A stretch of 64,000 nt of DNA from Escherichia phage vB_vPM_PD112. A program made the position numbers and the translations under genes. The notes under the pieces are model-generated. The model ran no database searches, was not told the origin of the DNA, and saw only the letters and a program-made list of their open reading frames with translations. The stretch is taken from sequence record NC_054928.1. One strand, written 5' to 3'. Shown here piece after piece: positions 30,063 through 39,862 of this stretch; within the stretch, counting starts at the first letter, position 1; every line of letters begins with the position of its first letter.

Positions 30063-30515
30063 TTATATTCCAATAACAGGACACACTTTAGCTTTACGAG
30101 CTTTTAAAAATTCAACGATAATCGATTTCTTGGGTTGAATAGGAGGTAAACCTTTATACGCCCTATCAATGTTTTCTACGTGTAAAGCATAATCCTTTTT
30201 CCATTTATAATCTTTATATTTTTCACGCAAATGTGCAGGAATAACAAATGAACCGATAATAAGTAAAACAACAAAAAGCGCAAGTATAAATGCCGATGGA
30301 AGAAGAATCCATAAACTACCGAAAATAAGCCAACGTTGTAGGCTTTCTGCACAAATAATTGTTAGCCCTACGAGTATAGCACATCCAAAAATAGAAACGA
30401 AAAATGTAGGAATGGCAATAGACCAAAAATATGCGCATAGTGTCTTAGGTCGTTGCCATTCATCGTTAAACAATTTGAATAATTTATAGTGCCAAGAGTT
30501 TTCATTAATAATCAT
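30063..30515 (-). CDS. membrane protein (two to three TM segments)
   Basis: 150 aa, long hydrophobic stretches. Confidence 0.45.
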   Translation of the reverse strand: MIINENSWHYKLFKLFNDEWQRPKTLCAYFWSIAIPTFFVSIFGCAILVGLTIICAESLQRWLIFGSLWILLPSAFILALFVVLLIIGSFVIPAHLREKYKDYKWKKDYALHVENIDRAYKGLPPIQPKKSIIVEFLKARKAKVCPVIGI

Positions 30516-30517
30516 AA

Positions 30518-31039
30518 TTATCCTTTCATTGAAGGTGTAACAGTTGTTAAATACTTAATCATAGCCTCAGCTTCTGATTTTGATAATGAAATTTCTCCAT
30601 TGTTTTGACGAATAGAAATAAAATCCGGATGACGGTCACCACCAGCTTTTAAAACACACATATAAGTATCAGTTTCATCTTCAATATTTGAAATGATTGA
30701 AGCAGTTCCACATGAATGCGGTTTTTGATAAATCAATACAGCTTTTCTTCCGCCATTTGACTGTTCATAAACTTTTAATACATCAAACAAATCACTTCTT
30801 TTATCAATAGCTAAAATGTTATTTTCATCTTCAATGTTAAATCCTTCGGATACTTCATAAAGTGTCACCCATAAATCGCCAATATCAATAACAGCGTTCA
30901 CTTTTCCATGACTTTCAAGAGCATGACAAATTTTCTTGATTTCGTCATAACTCATTTTAATAATATCATCTCCTTGACTAAGAAAGATGTCATTTTTAAA
31001 TTCAACACGAATTAAACCGCTTCCACTTGAAATAAACAT
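30518..31039 (-). CDS. hypothetical protein, paralogue of the next gene
   Basis: 173 aa; shares GFNIE..., IRQ... and C-terminal A-x-x-YL-x-V-P-M motifs with 31046..31609. Confidence 0.5.
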   Translation of the reverse strand: MFISSGSGLIRVEFKNDIFLSQGDDIIKMSYDEIKKICHALESHGKVNAVIDIGDLWVTLYEVSEGFNIEDENNILAIDKRSDLFDVLKVYEQSNGGRKAVLIYQKPHSCGTASIISNIEDETDTYMCVLKAGGDRHPDFISIRQNNGEISLSKSEAEAMIKYLTTVTPSMKG

Positions 31040-31045
31040 ATTTCC

Positions 31046-31609
31046 TCACTTTGAAATCATAGTTGGAATAACAGAATCAAGATAAGTCTTTAGCGCAATA
31101 GCTTCGTCTTTGGTAAATGTGACAATATGTGCTCGAGAATCATCAATTTGACGAATAGTTAAGACATCTCCTTCTTCATAGCATTTTGATACATTTAAAA
31201 CAGTTTCATCATTCTGATCGCACTGATCGCAAGCGTTAGTAATAATAGCATTGCAATTTTTAAGCCATTTTAAACTATGTTTTCTTTCATTAGAATAATA
31301 AAAATATTTAATGTAAGTTATAAAATTATCCCAATTATTAATTGATAAGCATATTGACTCGCTTTCAATGTTAAATCCTGGGCATAAAGAATAGAAATGA
31401 ATTTTATGCTCATCATTAATGCTTACAATTTTATCAGTATAAGGATATTCAATTTGGGTTAAATGAATGATTTCACTAGGCGTAAAATATAGCATATCGT
31501 CTTCTTGCGTCAAACGATACATGTTATTTACTTTTTCTATAGCCAATTCACCAAAAAGCGGACTAACTTCTAGTACTAATCGTTTCATATTAATCCTTTT
31601 TATTGGCAC
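31046..31609 (-). CDS. hypothetical protein, paralogue of the preceding gene
   Basis: 187 aa; shared motifs as above. Confidence 0.5.
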   Translation of the reverse strand: MPIKRINMKRLVLEVSPLFGELAIEKVNNMYRLTQEDDMLYFTPSEIIHLTQIEYPYTDKIVSINDEHKIHFYSLCPGFNIESESICLSINNWDNFITYIKYFYYSNERKHSLKWLKNCNAIITNACDQCDQNDETVLNVSKCYEEGDVLTIRQIDDSRAHIVTFTKDEAIALKTYLDSVIPTMISK

Positions 31610-31868
31610 GAATTTGTTCTAAAATTTTAGAATATTCCTTTGTATCAGATTTACGTACAATTGATACACTATAAGGCATACTATCGGTGTCTTTTATAAA
31701 GCGTTCCAAATGACACTCTAACAAAATTTCTGGATTATAAATCGTGTACATCAAATTACCTGTTGCTCCACGATATTGGCAGATTTCTACTGATTGAACA
31801 CCATTCCATAATTTTGTTAAAACTAAATCACCTACTTCTAATTTAGGAAAGCCCATGTTATTCACCAA
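31590..31868 (-). CDS. hypothetical protein
   Basis: 92 aa ORF. Confidence 0.4.
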   Translation of the reverse strand: MVNNMGFPKLEVGDLVLTKLWNGVQSVEICQYRGATGNLMYTIYNPEILLECHLERFIKDTDSMPYSVSIVRKSDTKEYSKILEQIRANKKD

Positions 31869-32043
31869 TTAAAGTTTCAATATAAGAATCAAGATTTACT
31901 TTAGCTTCTTCCATAAGAGTTTTGTATTTAATCTTGTTAGCATGTCCGGAGAAAGCTGATTCATCAATAATTGTTGATGTATGAACAGCTTTACTATACG
32001 TCTCAATTAATTCTCTTAATTTAAAAGCCTGCTCACTTGTCAT
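31858..32043 (-). CDS. hypothetical protein
   Basis: 61 aa ORF. Confidence 0.35.
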   Translation of the reverse strand: MTSEQAFKLRELIETYSKAVHTSTIIDESAFSGHANKIKYKTLMEEAKVNLDSYIETLIGE

Positions 32044-32171
32044 TACATACTCCTTTGAATAATATCAATAATGTTATTCACCAGATTATAAGTAAACATT
32101 GGGTAATTATATTGAATCATCACATACACAACAAACAAAACTTTCATTCTCTTCTCCTTGGCAGTTGACAA

Positions 32172-32205
32172 GATTACTATACCATAACCTTGCCAACTTG
32201 TAAAC
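32172..32205 (-). promoter_or_regulatory. T4-type early promoter
   Basis: Minus-strand read GTTTACAagttggcaaggttatggTATAGTAATC. Confidence 0.5.
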
Positions 32206-32370
32206 CATTAAATGACGTTTTCAATAAAATTCTGAAGCTTTGTATGAGCATCAACCATGATTTTCATTTCTTCTTTGGCGAAAGCTGTACCTCTTTCCCG
32301 AGCAGAACACTCATAGTCAGAAACTGCATTAGCATATTCTTCAATTAGTTTCATTAAAAACATCTGCTTT

Positions 32371-32565
32371 TCAGTTTTCATTATTCCACCTAATCATTTC
32401 AAGATATTGAACTAACTTAGCTTTGGATTTATCCAAATCCTTTTTAGCTGCTTCTATACCGTCGTATGAATATCCTTCACAATGCTCAACTGCCAATTGA
32501 TATGAATCTATTTCAATATCACGTGCTAATTTAATGATTTTTTCAAACTGTTCGCGTGTTAGCAT
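32371..32565 (-). CDS. hypothetical small helical protein
   Basis: 64 aa ORF. Confidence 0.35.
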   Translation of the reverse strand: MLTREQFEKIIKLARDIEIDSYQLAVEHCEGYSYDGIEAAKKDLDKSKAKLVQYLEMIRWNNEN

Positions 32566-32567
32566 AA

Positions 32568-32786
32568 TTAAACTCTCGTATTATGATCGATAATTTCATC
32601 AAGAAACATATCTAACGCTTCTACAGCATTATCAACTTTAGCTTCAAGTTCTTCAATACCTGATAAGGCAAAGTTAATGCGTTCCTCATCTGCTTTACGA
32701 ATTGAAGCCACTAATTCCTTGATTTTATCCGCTTGTTCGATACTAATCATTATTCCACCACATATGAAAGAGAGAATATTGCACAC
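32568..32786 (-). CDS. hypothetical small helical protein
   Basis: 72 aa ORF. Confidence 0.35.
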
Positions 32787-32938
32787 GCCATGTGAGTTGC
32801 AACTTCATCACACATATTATAACGTTTCTTAAGAAGTTCTACAAGTTCTTCACTAGTAACTTCATCCATGTCGACGAAAAAATCACCATTAATGATGACG
32901 TAGATATTTCCTTCTTGATTGAGTGCTTCAATTTTCAT
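32750..32938 (-). CDS. hypothetical protein; probable ATG at 32938 behind AGAGGAG RBS
   Basis: ORF; track version overlaps the promoter so start moved. Confidence 0.4.
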
Positions 32939-32963
32939 GATGTTCTCCTCTTTATCCGATGGT

Positions 32964-32996
32964 TGTATAGTATCACAGCTCAAATGGAAAGTAAAC
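32964..32996 (-). promoter_or_regulatory. T4-type early promoter
   Basis: Minus-strand read GTTTACtttccatttgagctgtgaTACTATACA. Confidence 0.55.
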
Positions 32997-33011
32997 CGGT
33001 AAAATGAAAAA

Positions 33012-33029
33012 AGTCTCCCGAAGGAGACT
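33012..33029 (-). terminator. intrinsic terminator
   Basis: agtctcccgaaggagact hairpin plus T-run on minus strand. Confidence 0.6.
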
Positions 33030-33033
33030 AATG

Positions 33034-33420
33034 TTATTCGAGGGAAAGAAGATACTTACTCTGGTAAAACATTCCAGTAATATCATCTATCGTGCTTTGA
33101 ATGGCTGGAGGCATTTCTTTATAAATGCTGTTAGATTGGTCTAGTATACGATCAATCATTTTAATTGTGTCGGTAGGAAGTTTACTGGCATCCGGAATTG
33201 ACGGCGTGTATTTTCTACCAGAATACCCCAAATATTGCTCACCAAATTTATCAATCAAATCTGGCAACTCGGAGAAAATAAAATCGTATGCTTTGTGTCT
33301 AGCATAATTTTTAGTTTCAAAATGCGCAGAATGAAAATAAGCTTGTGCAGCCATTAATAAACCTAAGTATTCATCTGCCTTTGAAGGTTTTCCACTTTGT
33401 GAAAAGTCGCTGAATTTCAT
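33034..33420 (-). CDS. hypothetical protein
   Basis: 128 aa ORF. Confidence 0.4.
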
Positions 33421-33710
33421 TCAGTCTCCAATTTAATGTTCATAATTCTAGCGTATGATTGTGCCATCTCCGCGCCTCGCTCTATACATTCAAAATCGGA
33501 AGAGCACGGGTCATTTTTATAAGTCGTTCGCATAAAACTATAGAACTGTTCAGATGATTCTACGCTTTTGTTTTCAAAAAGCATATAAACGTGTCTAATA
33601 CCAGATTCCATAAATTTATCAAAATGAGGATCGACATTCGCTTCAATCGGTGGAGATAAAGCAAACGCTAATCCTAGCATGGCAAATAGTGCCGTTGCTT
33701 TTAAGGCCAT
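33417..33710 (-). CDS. rI: lysis inhibition regulator rI (periplasmic antiholin)
   Basis: 97 aa with signal peptide MALKATALFAMLG; matches T4 RI. Confidence 0.85.
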   Translation of the reverse strand: MALKATALFAMLGLAFALSPPIEANVDPHFDKFMESGIRHVYMLFENKSVESSEQFYSFMRTTYKNDPCSSDFECIERGAEMAQSYARIMNIKLETE

Positions 33711-33722
33711 AAAGGCCTCCTA

Positions 33723-33935
33723 TCATTTTTGTCCTGTATTTACTTTATGCCGATGCACGGCCTTAACTTTATCAAGGTATTTTTCAAAATTTCGCAATCT
33801 AGTATAGTCTGCCGGAGATTGGTTGAGTGATACTTCTCGACGCAAAGCTGAAATGATATTTCCAACTTCCCTACGAATTTCATCTAATTGAAGAACAGTA
33901 AGATTGCGAAGTTGCTTTTCAGTTAATTGTAGCAT
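33723..33935 (-). CDS. hypothetical protein
   Basis: 70 aa ORF. Confidence 0.4.
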
Positions 33936-33977
33936 ATATACCCCTTTAGTTAGATAAACCTATTTATAACTTTTGCA

Positions 33978-34559
33978 CTAACCGAGCTTTTTAGTTAATT
34001 CATTCCAATGTTTTCTACACAAAGAAACATAAATTTCATCACCAATACAGATTTGATTACCTTCTTTAACGGGTGTTCCATCTTCCATTAATCGAGCTGT
34101 CATAATAGCTTTTTTACCACAATGACAAACTGCCTTTAGTTCAATAAGTTTATCTGCAATCGCCAAAAGTTCTTTAGAACCTTCAAATAATTTTCCGGCG
34201 AAATCAGTCCTTAGACCATAGGCCATAACAGGAACATTATATGTATCAACAATTCGGCTCAATTGATGCACCTGTTCAGTTTTTAAAAACTGGGCTTCAT
34301 CTACAAATACGCAATGAATATCTTTTTGTGCTTCAGCCCATTTATAGAACTCGAAAATATCCATATCATCTGTAATAATATTTGCTTCCTGCTTAATTCC
34401 AATGCGAGAAACGACTTCACAGACAGAATCGCGAGTATCAATAGCAGGCTTAAGAACTAATACACTCATTCCGCGCTCTTTATAATTATGCGCAGCAGTC
34501 AAAAGAGAAGCAGATTTTCCAGCATTCATTGCTGCATAAGTAAAAATTAAACTCGCCAT
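33978..34559 (-). CDS. tk: thymidine kinase
   Basis: 193 aa; P-loop AAMNAGKS; T4 Tk length. Confidence 0.9.
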   Translation of the reverse strand: MASLIFTYAAMNAGKSASLLTAAHNYKERGMSVLVLKPAIDTRDSVCEVVSRIGIKQEANIITDDMDIFEFYKWAEAQKDIHCVFVDEAQFLKTEQVHQLSRIVDTYNVPVMAYGLRTDFAGKLFEGSKELLAIADKLIELKAVCHCGKKAIMTARLMEDGTPVKEGNQICIGDEIYVSLCRKHWNELTKKLG

Positions 34560-34568
34560 ATCACCTTC

Positions 34569-34754
34569 TTAAAGCGTATTCACATAAGCTATTAATTCGT
34601 TTTCTTTCTTATCAAACCGATCAGCAAATTCTTCCTGCTGTTCGGGAGATAGCGGGCCGTATTCATCATAAAAGGTGTTTGCTTCTGTATGCTCATCTAG
34701 AAGTTCATGGATAAGCTCAAACAATTTATCTTTTTGTTCTTTACTCAGACTCAT
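34569..34754 (-). CDS. hypothetical acidic protein (tk.1 position)
   Basis: 61 aa ORF. Confidence 0.4.
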   Translation of the reverse strand: MSLSKEQKDKLFELIHELLDEHTEANTFYDEYGPLSPEQQEEFADRFDKKENELIAYVNTL

Positions 34755-34920
34755 ATATTAATTTCCAGGAGTTTTAAAATAATTCGCTTTTGCTTAAATA
34801 TTTCCATAGTTAAATGACCAGTATCTTTTTGACCGATTCCAATGGCAAAACCTTTATTGACAGCGAGTTCAATTAAATTATCAAGCTCACGTAACACTTC
34901 ATACTGTAACTCAGAACTAT

Positions 34921-35133
34921 TCATTTCGGTTTACCTTCTTTAACGAAATCTGGATAAGGATAAAATCCCGAATAAAATCCTTCACCTTTATGATTGATGC
35001 ATCCTTTATTAGAACAATAGCACCAATAATCGAAATCACAAGCCATTTCATCGTTGCATAAAGCAAAAACAACTGGCCATTTACACTTTTCACAATGGGC
35101 ATTTTTAAGAATACTAGTTTGGCTCATAACCAT
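34921..35133 (-). CDS. Cys-rich small protein (tk.2 position)
   Basis: 70 aa with about 10 Cys. Confidence 0.4.
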   Translation of the reverse strand: MVMSQTSILKNAHCEKCKWPVVFALCNDEMACDFDYWCYCSNKGCINHKGEGFYSGFYPYPDFVKEGKPK

Positions 35134-35351
35134 GTAACCTTTAAGCAGTATTCTTCTACATGCTGTTTACGACCTTTCTTATCAATAAAGGTATATTCAA
35201 CGAATGTTCCAATGTAGTCTTTATCTACGTCATGTGGACTATTAATTGGGCATTTAGTACGGCAAATGCGTTCCCATTGACGAATAATTACTGCCTTATT
35301 CTTTGGGTCATATGGATGTGGATAATGTATATTCATAATAATGGTTCCCAA
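35124..35351 (-). CDS. hypothetical protein (tk.3 position)
   Basis: 75 aa ORF. Confidence 0.4.
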   Translation of the reverse strand: MGTIIMNIHYPHPYDPKNKAVIIRQWERICRTKCPINSPHDVDKDYIGTFVEYTFIDKKGRKQHVEEYCLKVTWL

Positions 35352-35800
35352 TCAACAATCACAATTTCTAATTTAGAGGAATATGTATCTAAAATCCCCT
35401 CAATAATATCCCAGTTCCCTTTACCTATGCCTGCACCAATCCTAGGCATATAGATTGTAGGTTTAATCAGTTTATTTTCACCAAACTCATTTAATTCTAA
35501 CATACAATTCATTAAAGCGGAATACTCAAAATTTGGCCCTGGTTGAAATTGAGTATAAAGGTTGAAGCAATACGCTTTATGAGTCCTAAAGTATTTTTCA
35601 TAGACTGAGTAAGAACCAAGTTTAGTTACATCACCCCATTCAGTCTGTAATTTATCAGCTTCCAAAATTTTAGGGAAAGCTTTGGTTAATTGACCCGCTA
35701 CGCCTGAACCCATAGTATGAAAACAATTGCATCCATGCGCAATATTTTTACCTTCAGCGAAAAGGGCGACAATATCGCCCTTGATATATTTTACAATCAT
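35333..35800 (-). CDS. macro-domain protein (predicted ADP-ribose binding/hydrolase; tk.4 position)
   Basis: Macro-domain-like signature AHGCNCFHTMGSGVAGQL and RIGAGIG glycine-rich loop. Confidence 0.55.
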   Translation of the reverse strand: MIVKYIKGDIVALFAEGKNIAHGCNCFHTMGSGVAGQLTKAFPKILEADKLQTEWGDVTKLGSYSVYEKYFRTHKAYCFNLYTQFQPGPNFEYSALMNCMLELNEFGENKLIKPTIYMPRIGAGIGKGNWDIIEGILDTYSSKLEIVIVDWEPLL

Positions 35801-36144
35801 CTAGTACTCAATCCTCGATTATAAGAATCTACCAAACGGTCAACCATTGAATGACAAGCGGCTTTATCTTTCTCCTCCGCAACTGAACATTCTAAGGTAT
35901 TCCACTTTTTAGCATATCGTTTTAATAATGTATCGTTTTTGTATCTGCTTGATTTATCTCTTTCTCCGTCTTTATATGCATATATTAATTTCTGCGCAAA
36001 TTCAGCTTGGCATGCTTTATTTTTCCCACAATAATCTGCCGCAGTGCGATTTACATACTCTCTAATTTCAGTATATGATGTATTTGCTAACGCAGAAGCA
36101 GAAAATGAAATTAATCCTATACATAAAACCAAAATTTTAGTCAT
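35797..36144 (-). CDS. vs: Vs (valyl-tRNA synthetase modifier) homologue, secreted-type N-terminus
   Basis: 115 aa, T4 vs length and position. Confidence 0.55.
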   Translation of the reverse strand: MTKILVLCIGLISFSASALANTSYTEIREYVNRTAADYCGKNKACQAEFAQKLIYAYKDGERDKSSRYKNDTLLKRYAKKWNTLECSVAEEKDKAACHSMVDRLVDSYNRGLSTR

Positions 36145-36682
36145 TTACTATTTCCAAAAGTTTATTATTTTTAAGGTAATTAGCCTTTTCTAGGACTTCA
36201 GAAGCATATTTAGAACCTGCTTTAACATTCCATCCCGAATTATAAGAGGATATTGCCTTTCTTATATCGCCCTTATGTATATTTAACCAATAAGAAAGTT
36301 CAATGTACGCCCAGGAAGCTGAATTGGACCGTTTATTCAACATTCTTTTTATTTCAGCATCGGTCATATTATAACCAAGTTCCTTAACTCTCGCTCGCAT
36401 AGTAGGCAAATAATTTTGGAACATTCCATAAGCGTGATGCTTTGGTTTAGATTTTAAATTAACTCCGGCAGAGCTTTCTTGCCATAAAATAGCAGCCATT
36501 ATATGACCTAATCCACCCTTGTGGATATTTTTATGTGTTTTATATTTTCCATCCTTAGAAAATTGTTCCCCGAATTGATACGCGTAACGCATGTTATCGA
36601 GTTGGACATTACTGAAAGTATGCTCGGAGCTATGTGCCATCATTGAAATGGCCAATAGACCAGCGAGTAGTGCTTTTCTCAT
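36137..36682 (-). CDS. secreted lysozyme/transglycosylase-like protein (vs.1 position)
   Basis: Signal peptide MRKALLAGLLAISMMAHS; 181 aa. Confidence 0.45.
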   Translation of the reverse strand: MRKALLAGLLAISMMAHSSEHTFSNVQLDNMRYAYQFGEQFSKDGKYKTHKNIHKGGLGHIMAAILWQESSAGVNLKSKPKHHAYGMFQNYLPTMRARVKELGYNMTDAEIKRMLNKRSNSASWAYIELSYWLNIHKGDIRKAISSYNSGWNVKAGSKYASEVLEKANYLKNNKLLEIVND

Positions 36683-36689
36683 GCTTACC

Positions 36690-37151
36690 TCATTGAGTTT
36701 TAATTACTGCTTTAGAAGCCTTTCCTGGTAAACGACGACTGTTGATAATTGCCATCCTACATTGAAGTGACGGGTCTTTGAACTTCGCGTTAGGTTTACA
36801 AACTGTAAATCCAAGCCAAAGATTTCCATCTGTGATTTCTAAACGTCCAGGACGATATTCAACCCCATCAATAAAATCCTCGTCAATGTCAGGACGCGGA
36901 GGCATACTCAGGAATTCATTAACTTCTAAAACATGGTCTTTTATTTTGTGGAATAATTCAAAAACATATGTCTCATCAATCTCCCGTTGAATTGCACGGT
37001 CAAGAAGATGCTGAGAATATTTTAGATGAAACGATGAGACCCCTGCTGCTTTTGATGCCTCACGAATCTCATTGTTAATTTGACGAAACTCCGACTCAAA
37101 GTGACGACGGAGCTTATTTCGACGGATAAAAACTTCTGTATTGATAGTCAT
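36690..37151 (-). CDS. regB: site-specific endoribonuclease RegB
   Basis: 153 aa, matches T4 RegB (MTINTEVFIRRNKLRRHFESEF). Confidence 0.9.
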   Translation of the reverse strand: MTINTEVFIRRNKLRRHFESEFRQINNEIREASKAAGVSSFHLKYSQHLLDRAIQREIDETYVFELFHKIKDHVLEVNEFLSMPPRPDIDEDFIDGVEYRPGRLEITDGNLWLGFTVCKPNAKFKDPSLQCRMAIINSRRLPGKASKAVIKTQ

Positions 37152-37175
37152 GTTATTCTCCTCTTAACTGATAGA

Positions 37176-37208
37176 AAAATTATACCACAGTCAAGAGGAA
37201 AAGTAAAC
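37176..37208 (-). promoter_or_regulatory. T4-type early promoter upstream of regB
   Basis: Minus-strand read GTTTACttttcctcttgactgtgGTATAATTTT. Confidence 0.6.
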
Positions 37209-37210
37209 AG

Positions 37211-37531
37211 TTATTCTTTAAATCTAATCAATTTATTCATAGACTTTGAAACTTCTGCACGAACCTCATGTAGATTTTTGAGCTGTTCAAGACGCTGCTC
37301 ATAGTAAGCAATTTCATCTTCTTCGAGACAGTCCTGTGAATCTTCTTTAAGATAACGTGCATAGTCCTGGAAAGCGTTACGGACTACTTCCTGGAAGTCA
37401 TCAAGACTTTGAATTTTCTTAGGAGCAACAGATACACGACGAGGGGCAGTATAATACTCATAACCAAACCCTGCACTTAATTGAGCCATTAATATTTTTC
37501 CTCTGGTTGGAACACAGCACGACAAGCCCAC
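37211..37531 (-). CDS. hypothetical protein (vs.3 position); start probably internal
   Basis: 106 aa ORF. Confidence 0.4.
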   Translation of the reverse strand: MGLSCCVPTRGKILMAQLSAGFGYEYYTAPRRVSVAPKKIQSLDDFQEVVRNAFQDYARYLKEDSQDCLEEDEIAYYEQRLEQLKNLHEVRAEVSKSMNKLIRFKE

Positions 37532-37755
37532 ATACTGGCTTCTTTGAGTTTCGTTTTAGCAATAGTTAACTGATCAAGACTTTCAGCATAATTCTTCGCG
37601 AATTCACAGTCTTCACAATTATCTAACGCTTCCCAAAATTCATCATATAAAGCATCAAAGATAAGTCCTAAACGAACTTCAGCGTCTTTGATAGCATTCG
37701 CTTTACTGATTTTATCGTCAGTATGTGGCTTATAACCTTTAATGTCTTCAATCAT
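37489..37755 (-). CDS. hypothetical small helical protein at the vs.4 position; possible Acb2-type anti-CBASS sponge by synteny only
   Basis: 88 aa; sixth-to-first ORF count after regB matches T4 vs.3-vs.8. Confidence 0.35.
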   Translation of the reverse strand: MIEDIKGYKPHTDDKISKANAIKDAEVRLGLIFDALYDEFWEALDNCEDCEFAKNYAESLDQLTIAKTKLKEASMWACRAVFQPEEKY

Positions 37756-37969
37756 ATTTTACTTCCTCACCTGTTCCCAAATCATATTCAACTAAACGAA
37801 TAGGTTCATGAATTCCATATCCTTGAACAGAAATTTCTGTCGTAGGATAAATTCCATCAATATCGCCCATATTCCACGCTTCATTAAATTGCTGTTCGCC
37901 TGAATTACTAAACCACTCGGCGAAAGCATTTAGCACATCTTCAGAACCTTCAATAATTATCTTTGCCAT
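37748..37969 (-). CDS. hypothetical protein (vs.5 position)
   Basis: 73 aa ORF. Confidence 0.4.
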   Translation of the reverse strand: MAKIIIEGSEDVLNAFAEWFSNSGEQQFNEAWNMGDIDGIYPTTEISVQGYGIHEPIRLVEYDLGTGEEVKYD

Positions 37970-38331
37970 TACAAACTCTCAGTAAAGGTACGAGCAATAA
38001 CGTCGCGTTGCTGTTCCGGAGTCAGAGAGTTAAAGCGAACTGCGTATCCGGATACACGGATGGTCAGCTGCGGATATTTTTCCGGATGCTTAACTGCATC
38101 TTCCAGAGTTTCACGACGCAGAACGTTTACGTTCAGGTGTTGACCACCCTCAATTTTAACTGTAGGCTGTGTTTCAATTTCAATTTCACGGGCATGCAAA
38201 CCATAGAAAATTTCTGGGTCTACAAAAGAGTCCTCTTTAAAGGTTTTAGAGACAATAATTCGTGCTTGAATACCATCTTCAAAATAAATAGTACCTTTAT
38301 GTGTGCCTTCAAGAATTTGATATGCTTTCAT
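37969..38331 (-). CDS. hypothetical protein (vs.6 position)
   Basis: 120 aa ORF. Confidence 0.45.
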   Translation of the reverse strand: MKAYQILEGTHKGTIYFEDGIQARIIVSKTFKEDSFVDPEIFYGLHAREIEIETQPTVKIEGGQHLNVNVLRRETLEDAVKHPEKYPQLTIRVSGYAVRFNSLTPEQQRDVIARTFTESL

Positions 38332-38338
38332 ATAAACC

Positions 38339-38719
38339 TCAATTAGAAAATAAATTTATCCAAGATTGTTCTTTAATTAAAAATGGCTCAGAATCATATG
38401 CCATTAAACTCTGTGTGATTAGTCCTTTAAAAGGCCCATCAATAAATTCCATGGTAAAGTATGGAATTTTATTCATTAATCTCGCATTAGGAGCAGTACA
38501 TAAAACTCTGCATCCTTTGAATACGCCTTTTTGCAATTTGTATTGCTTAGGATAAAATTCGCTTAAAATGTTATTTTTTGCCAAAATTTCAAAATGATTC
38601 ACCAATTTATTTTTAATAGTTTTTGGTGAAAAATAAAGATATTCGAAAAGCTGAGTGTCTGTCATCATTGCATTCCGATTACGAAAAACTGTGGACGAGT
38701 AATACCACCAATGCAGCAT
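38339..38719 (-). CDS. hypothetical protein (vs.7 position); start probably internal
   Basis: 126 aa ORF. Confidence 0.4.
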   Translation of the reverse strand: MLHWWYYSSTVFRNRNAMMTDTQLFEYLYFSPKTIKNKLVNHFEILAKNNILSEFYPKQYKLQKGVFKGCRVLCTAPNARLMNKIPYFTMEFIDGPFKGLITQSLMAYDSEPFLIKEQSWINLFSN

Positions 38720-39255
38720 TTACTATTGCAGCAGTGTTGCACAGTTTCAATATGAATATCGTAAATTTTATCCATATCAGGAGATTTAACAGGCTCATCG
38801 ATTATATACAAAATTCGAGAAAGCGATAAACCTCTGAACTTGCTACCTCTATTACCAACAAAACTACGGACAGAATCAGTAAATAAACGGAATCGAATAT
38901 CATCGCTAGAATAACGAGAAAATTCTTTTTTAATGCGGCCCGCAGAAATTTTAGCGTAAGCTGAAGTATTAGAAAGAACAATAACTGTTCCACCATCATA
39001 CAACCAATTAGCGGCAAAATTAGTTACTGCAGTTGATTTACCAGATTGTCTGCCACCATCTAAACGAAGTGTACAATATTCTTTAAATAAATGCGACGAA
39101 TCAGGTACATAAAATCCACTATTACAAATTTCTTCTACTCTAGCATCAGAATGGTGTGTAAAAGCATTCATCAGGGATAGATAAGGACCAGTTAAAAATG
39201 TTCTCATTTTATTCTCTCTAAATTTGGGCCATTCCATGGCGCATGAATTGTCCAT
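38665..39255 (-). CDS. P-loop NTPase (vs.8 position)
   Basis: Walker A GGRQSGKST, Walker B ILYIIDEP. Confidence 0.5.
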   Translation of the reverse strand: MDNSCAMEWPKFRENKMRTFLTGPYLSLMNAFTHHSDARVEEICNSGFYVPDSSHLFKEYCTLRLDGGRQSGKSTAVTNFAANWLYDGGTVIVLSNTSAYAKISAGRIKKEFSRYSSDDIRFRLFTDSVRSFVGNRGSKFRGLSLSRILYIIDEPVKSPDMDKIYDIHIETVQHCCNSKCCIGGITRPQFFVIGMQ

Positions 39256-39348
39256 TTCTGTATTTACCCATTACCGCACTTGGGCTCGACCTTATTACAG
39301 GTTGGCGGGAATCCCTCACAGAATCATGAGGTCCAGGTTGTTCCCATG

Positions 39349-39822
39349 TTATTTGAACGATTTAACGTACTGAATAGAACCTTTACTATTCACGAAAGCG
39401 ATTTTACCATTTTTATTATACATGGTAGCAGTACGCTGATAACCATAAGTTTGTTTACCAGATTGATAACCAACTAATGCGAAATTATCTTCACCCATTT
39501 TATTCTGTTTAGCGCGAATACGTTCATGTCCATGCGCCATAAGAACCTTAGCATCACCAGTTGCAATGGATCGACGAGTTTTTTCATCTTCAACTGTATT
39601 AACAAAATCATCAAATGAATCAAATTTAGCATGAGATTTATTATACAGTTTTCCATCTACTGCATAATTATATCCCTGTACATCCATCTCAACTTCTGTG
39701 CCATCATCTAATACAGCAGTAATTTTCTGTCCTTTTTTAAATTTCAAAAGATCAGTAAAAGATTCAGCAATAATTTGAGAATTAATAGCTGCTTCAGTAA
39801 TAAATTCTTGATATGTTTTCAT
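39349..39822 (-). CDS. capsid internal protein (IP) with N-terminal capsid-targeting sequence
   Basis: N-terminus MKTYQEFITEAA is the T-even IP targeting leader; early promoter upstream; 157 aa. Confidence 0.7.
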   Translation of the reverse strand: MKTYQEFITEAAINSQIIAESFTDLLKFKKGQKITAVLDDGTEVEMDVQGYNYAVDGKLYNKSHAKFDSFDDFVNTVEDEKTRRSIATGDAKVLMAHGHERIRAKQNKMGEDNFALVGYQSGKQTYGYQRTATMYNKNGKIAFVNSKGSIQYVKSFK

Positions 39823-39862
39823 ATGTTTCCTTTAAATGTAAATATTTTAATTAGTAACTGTG

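Noticed and set aside
38339-39349. Search for a denV (endonuclease V) gene at its T4 position
   Set aside because: No ORF resembling T4 DenV in the interval; not reported.
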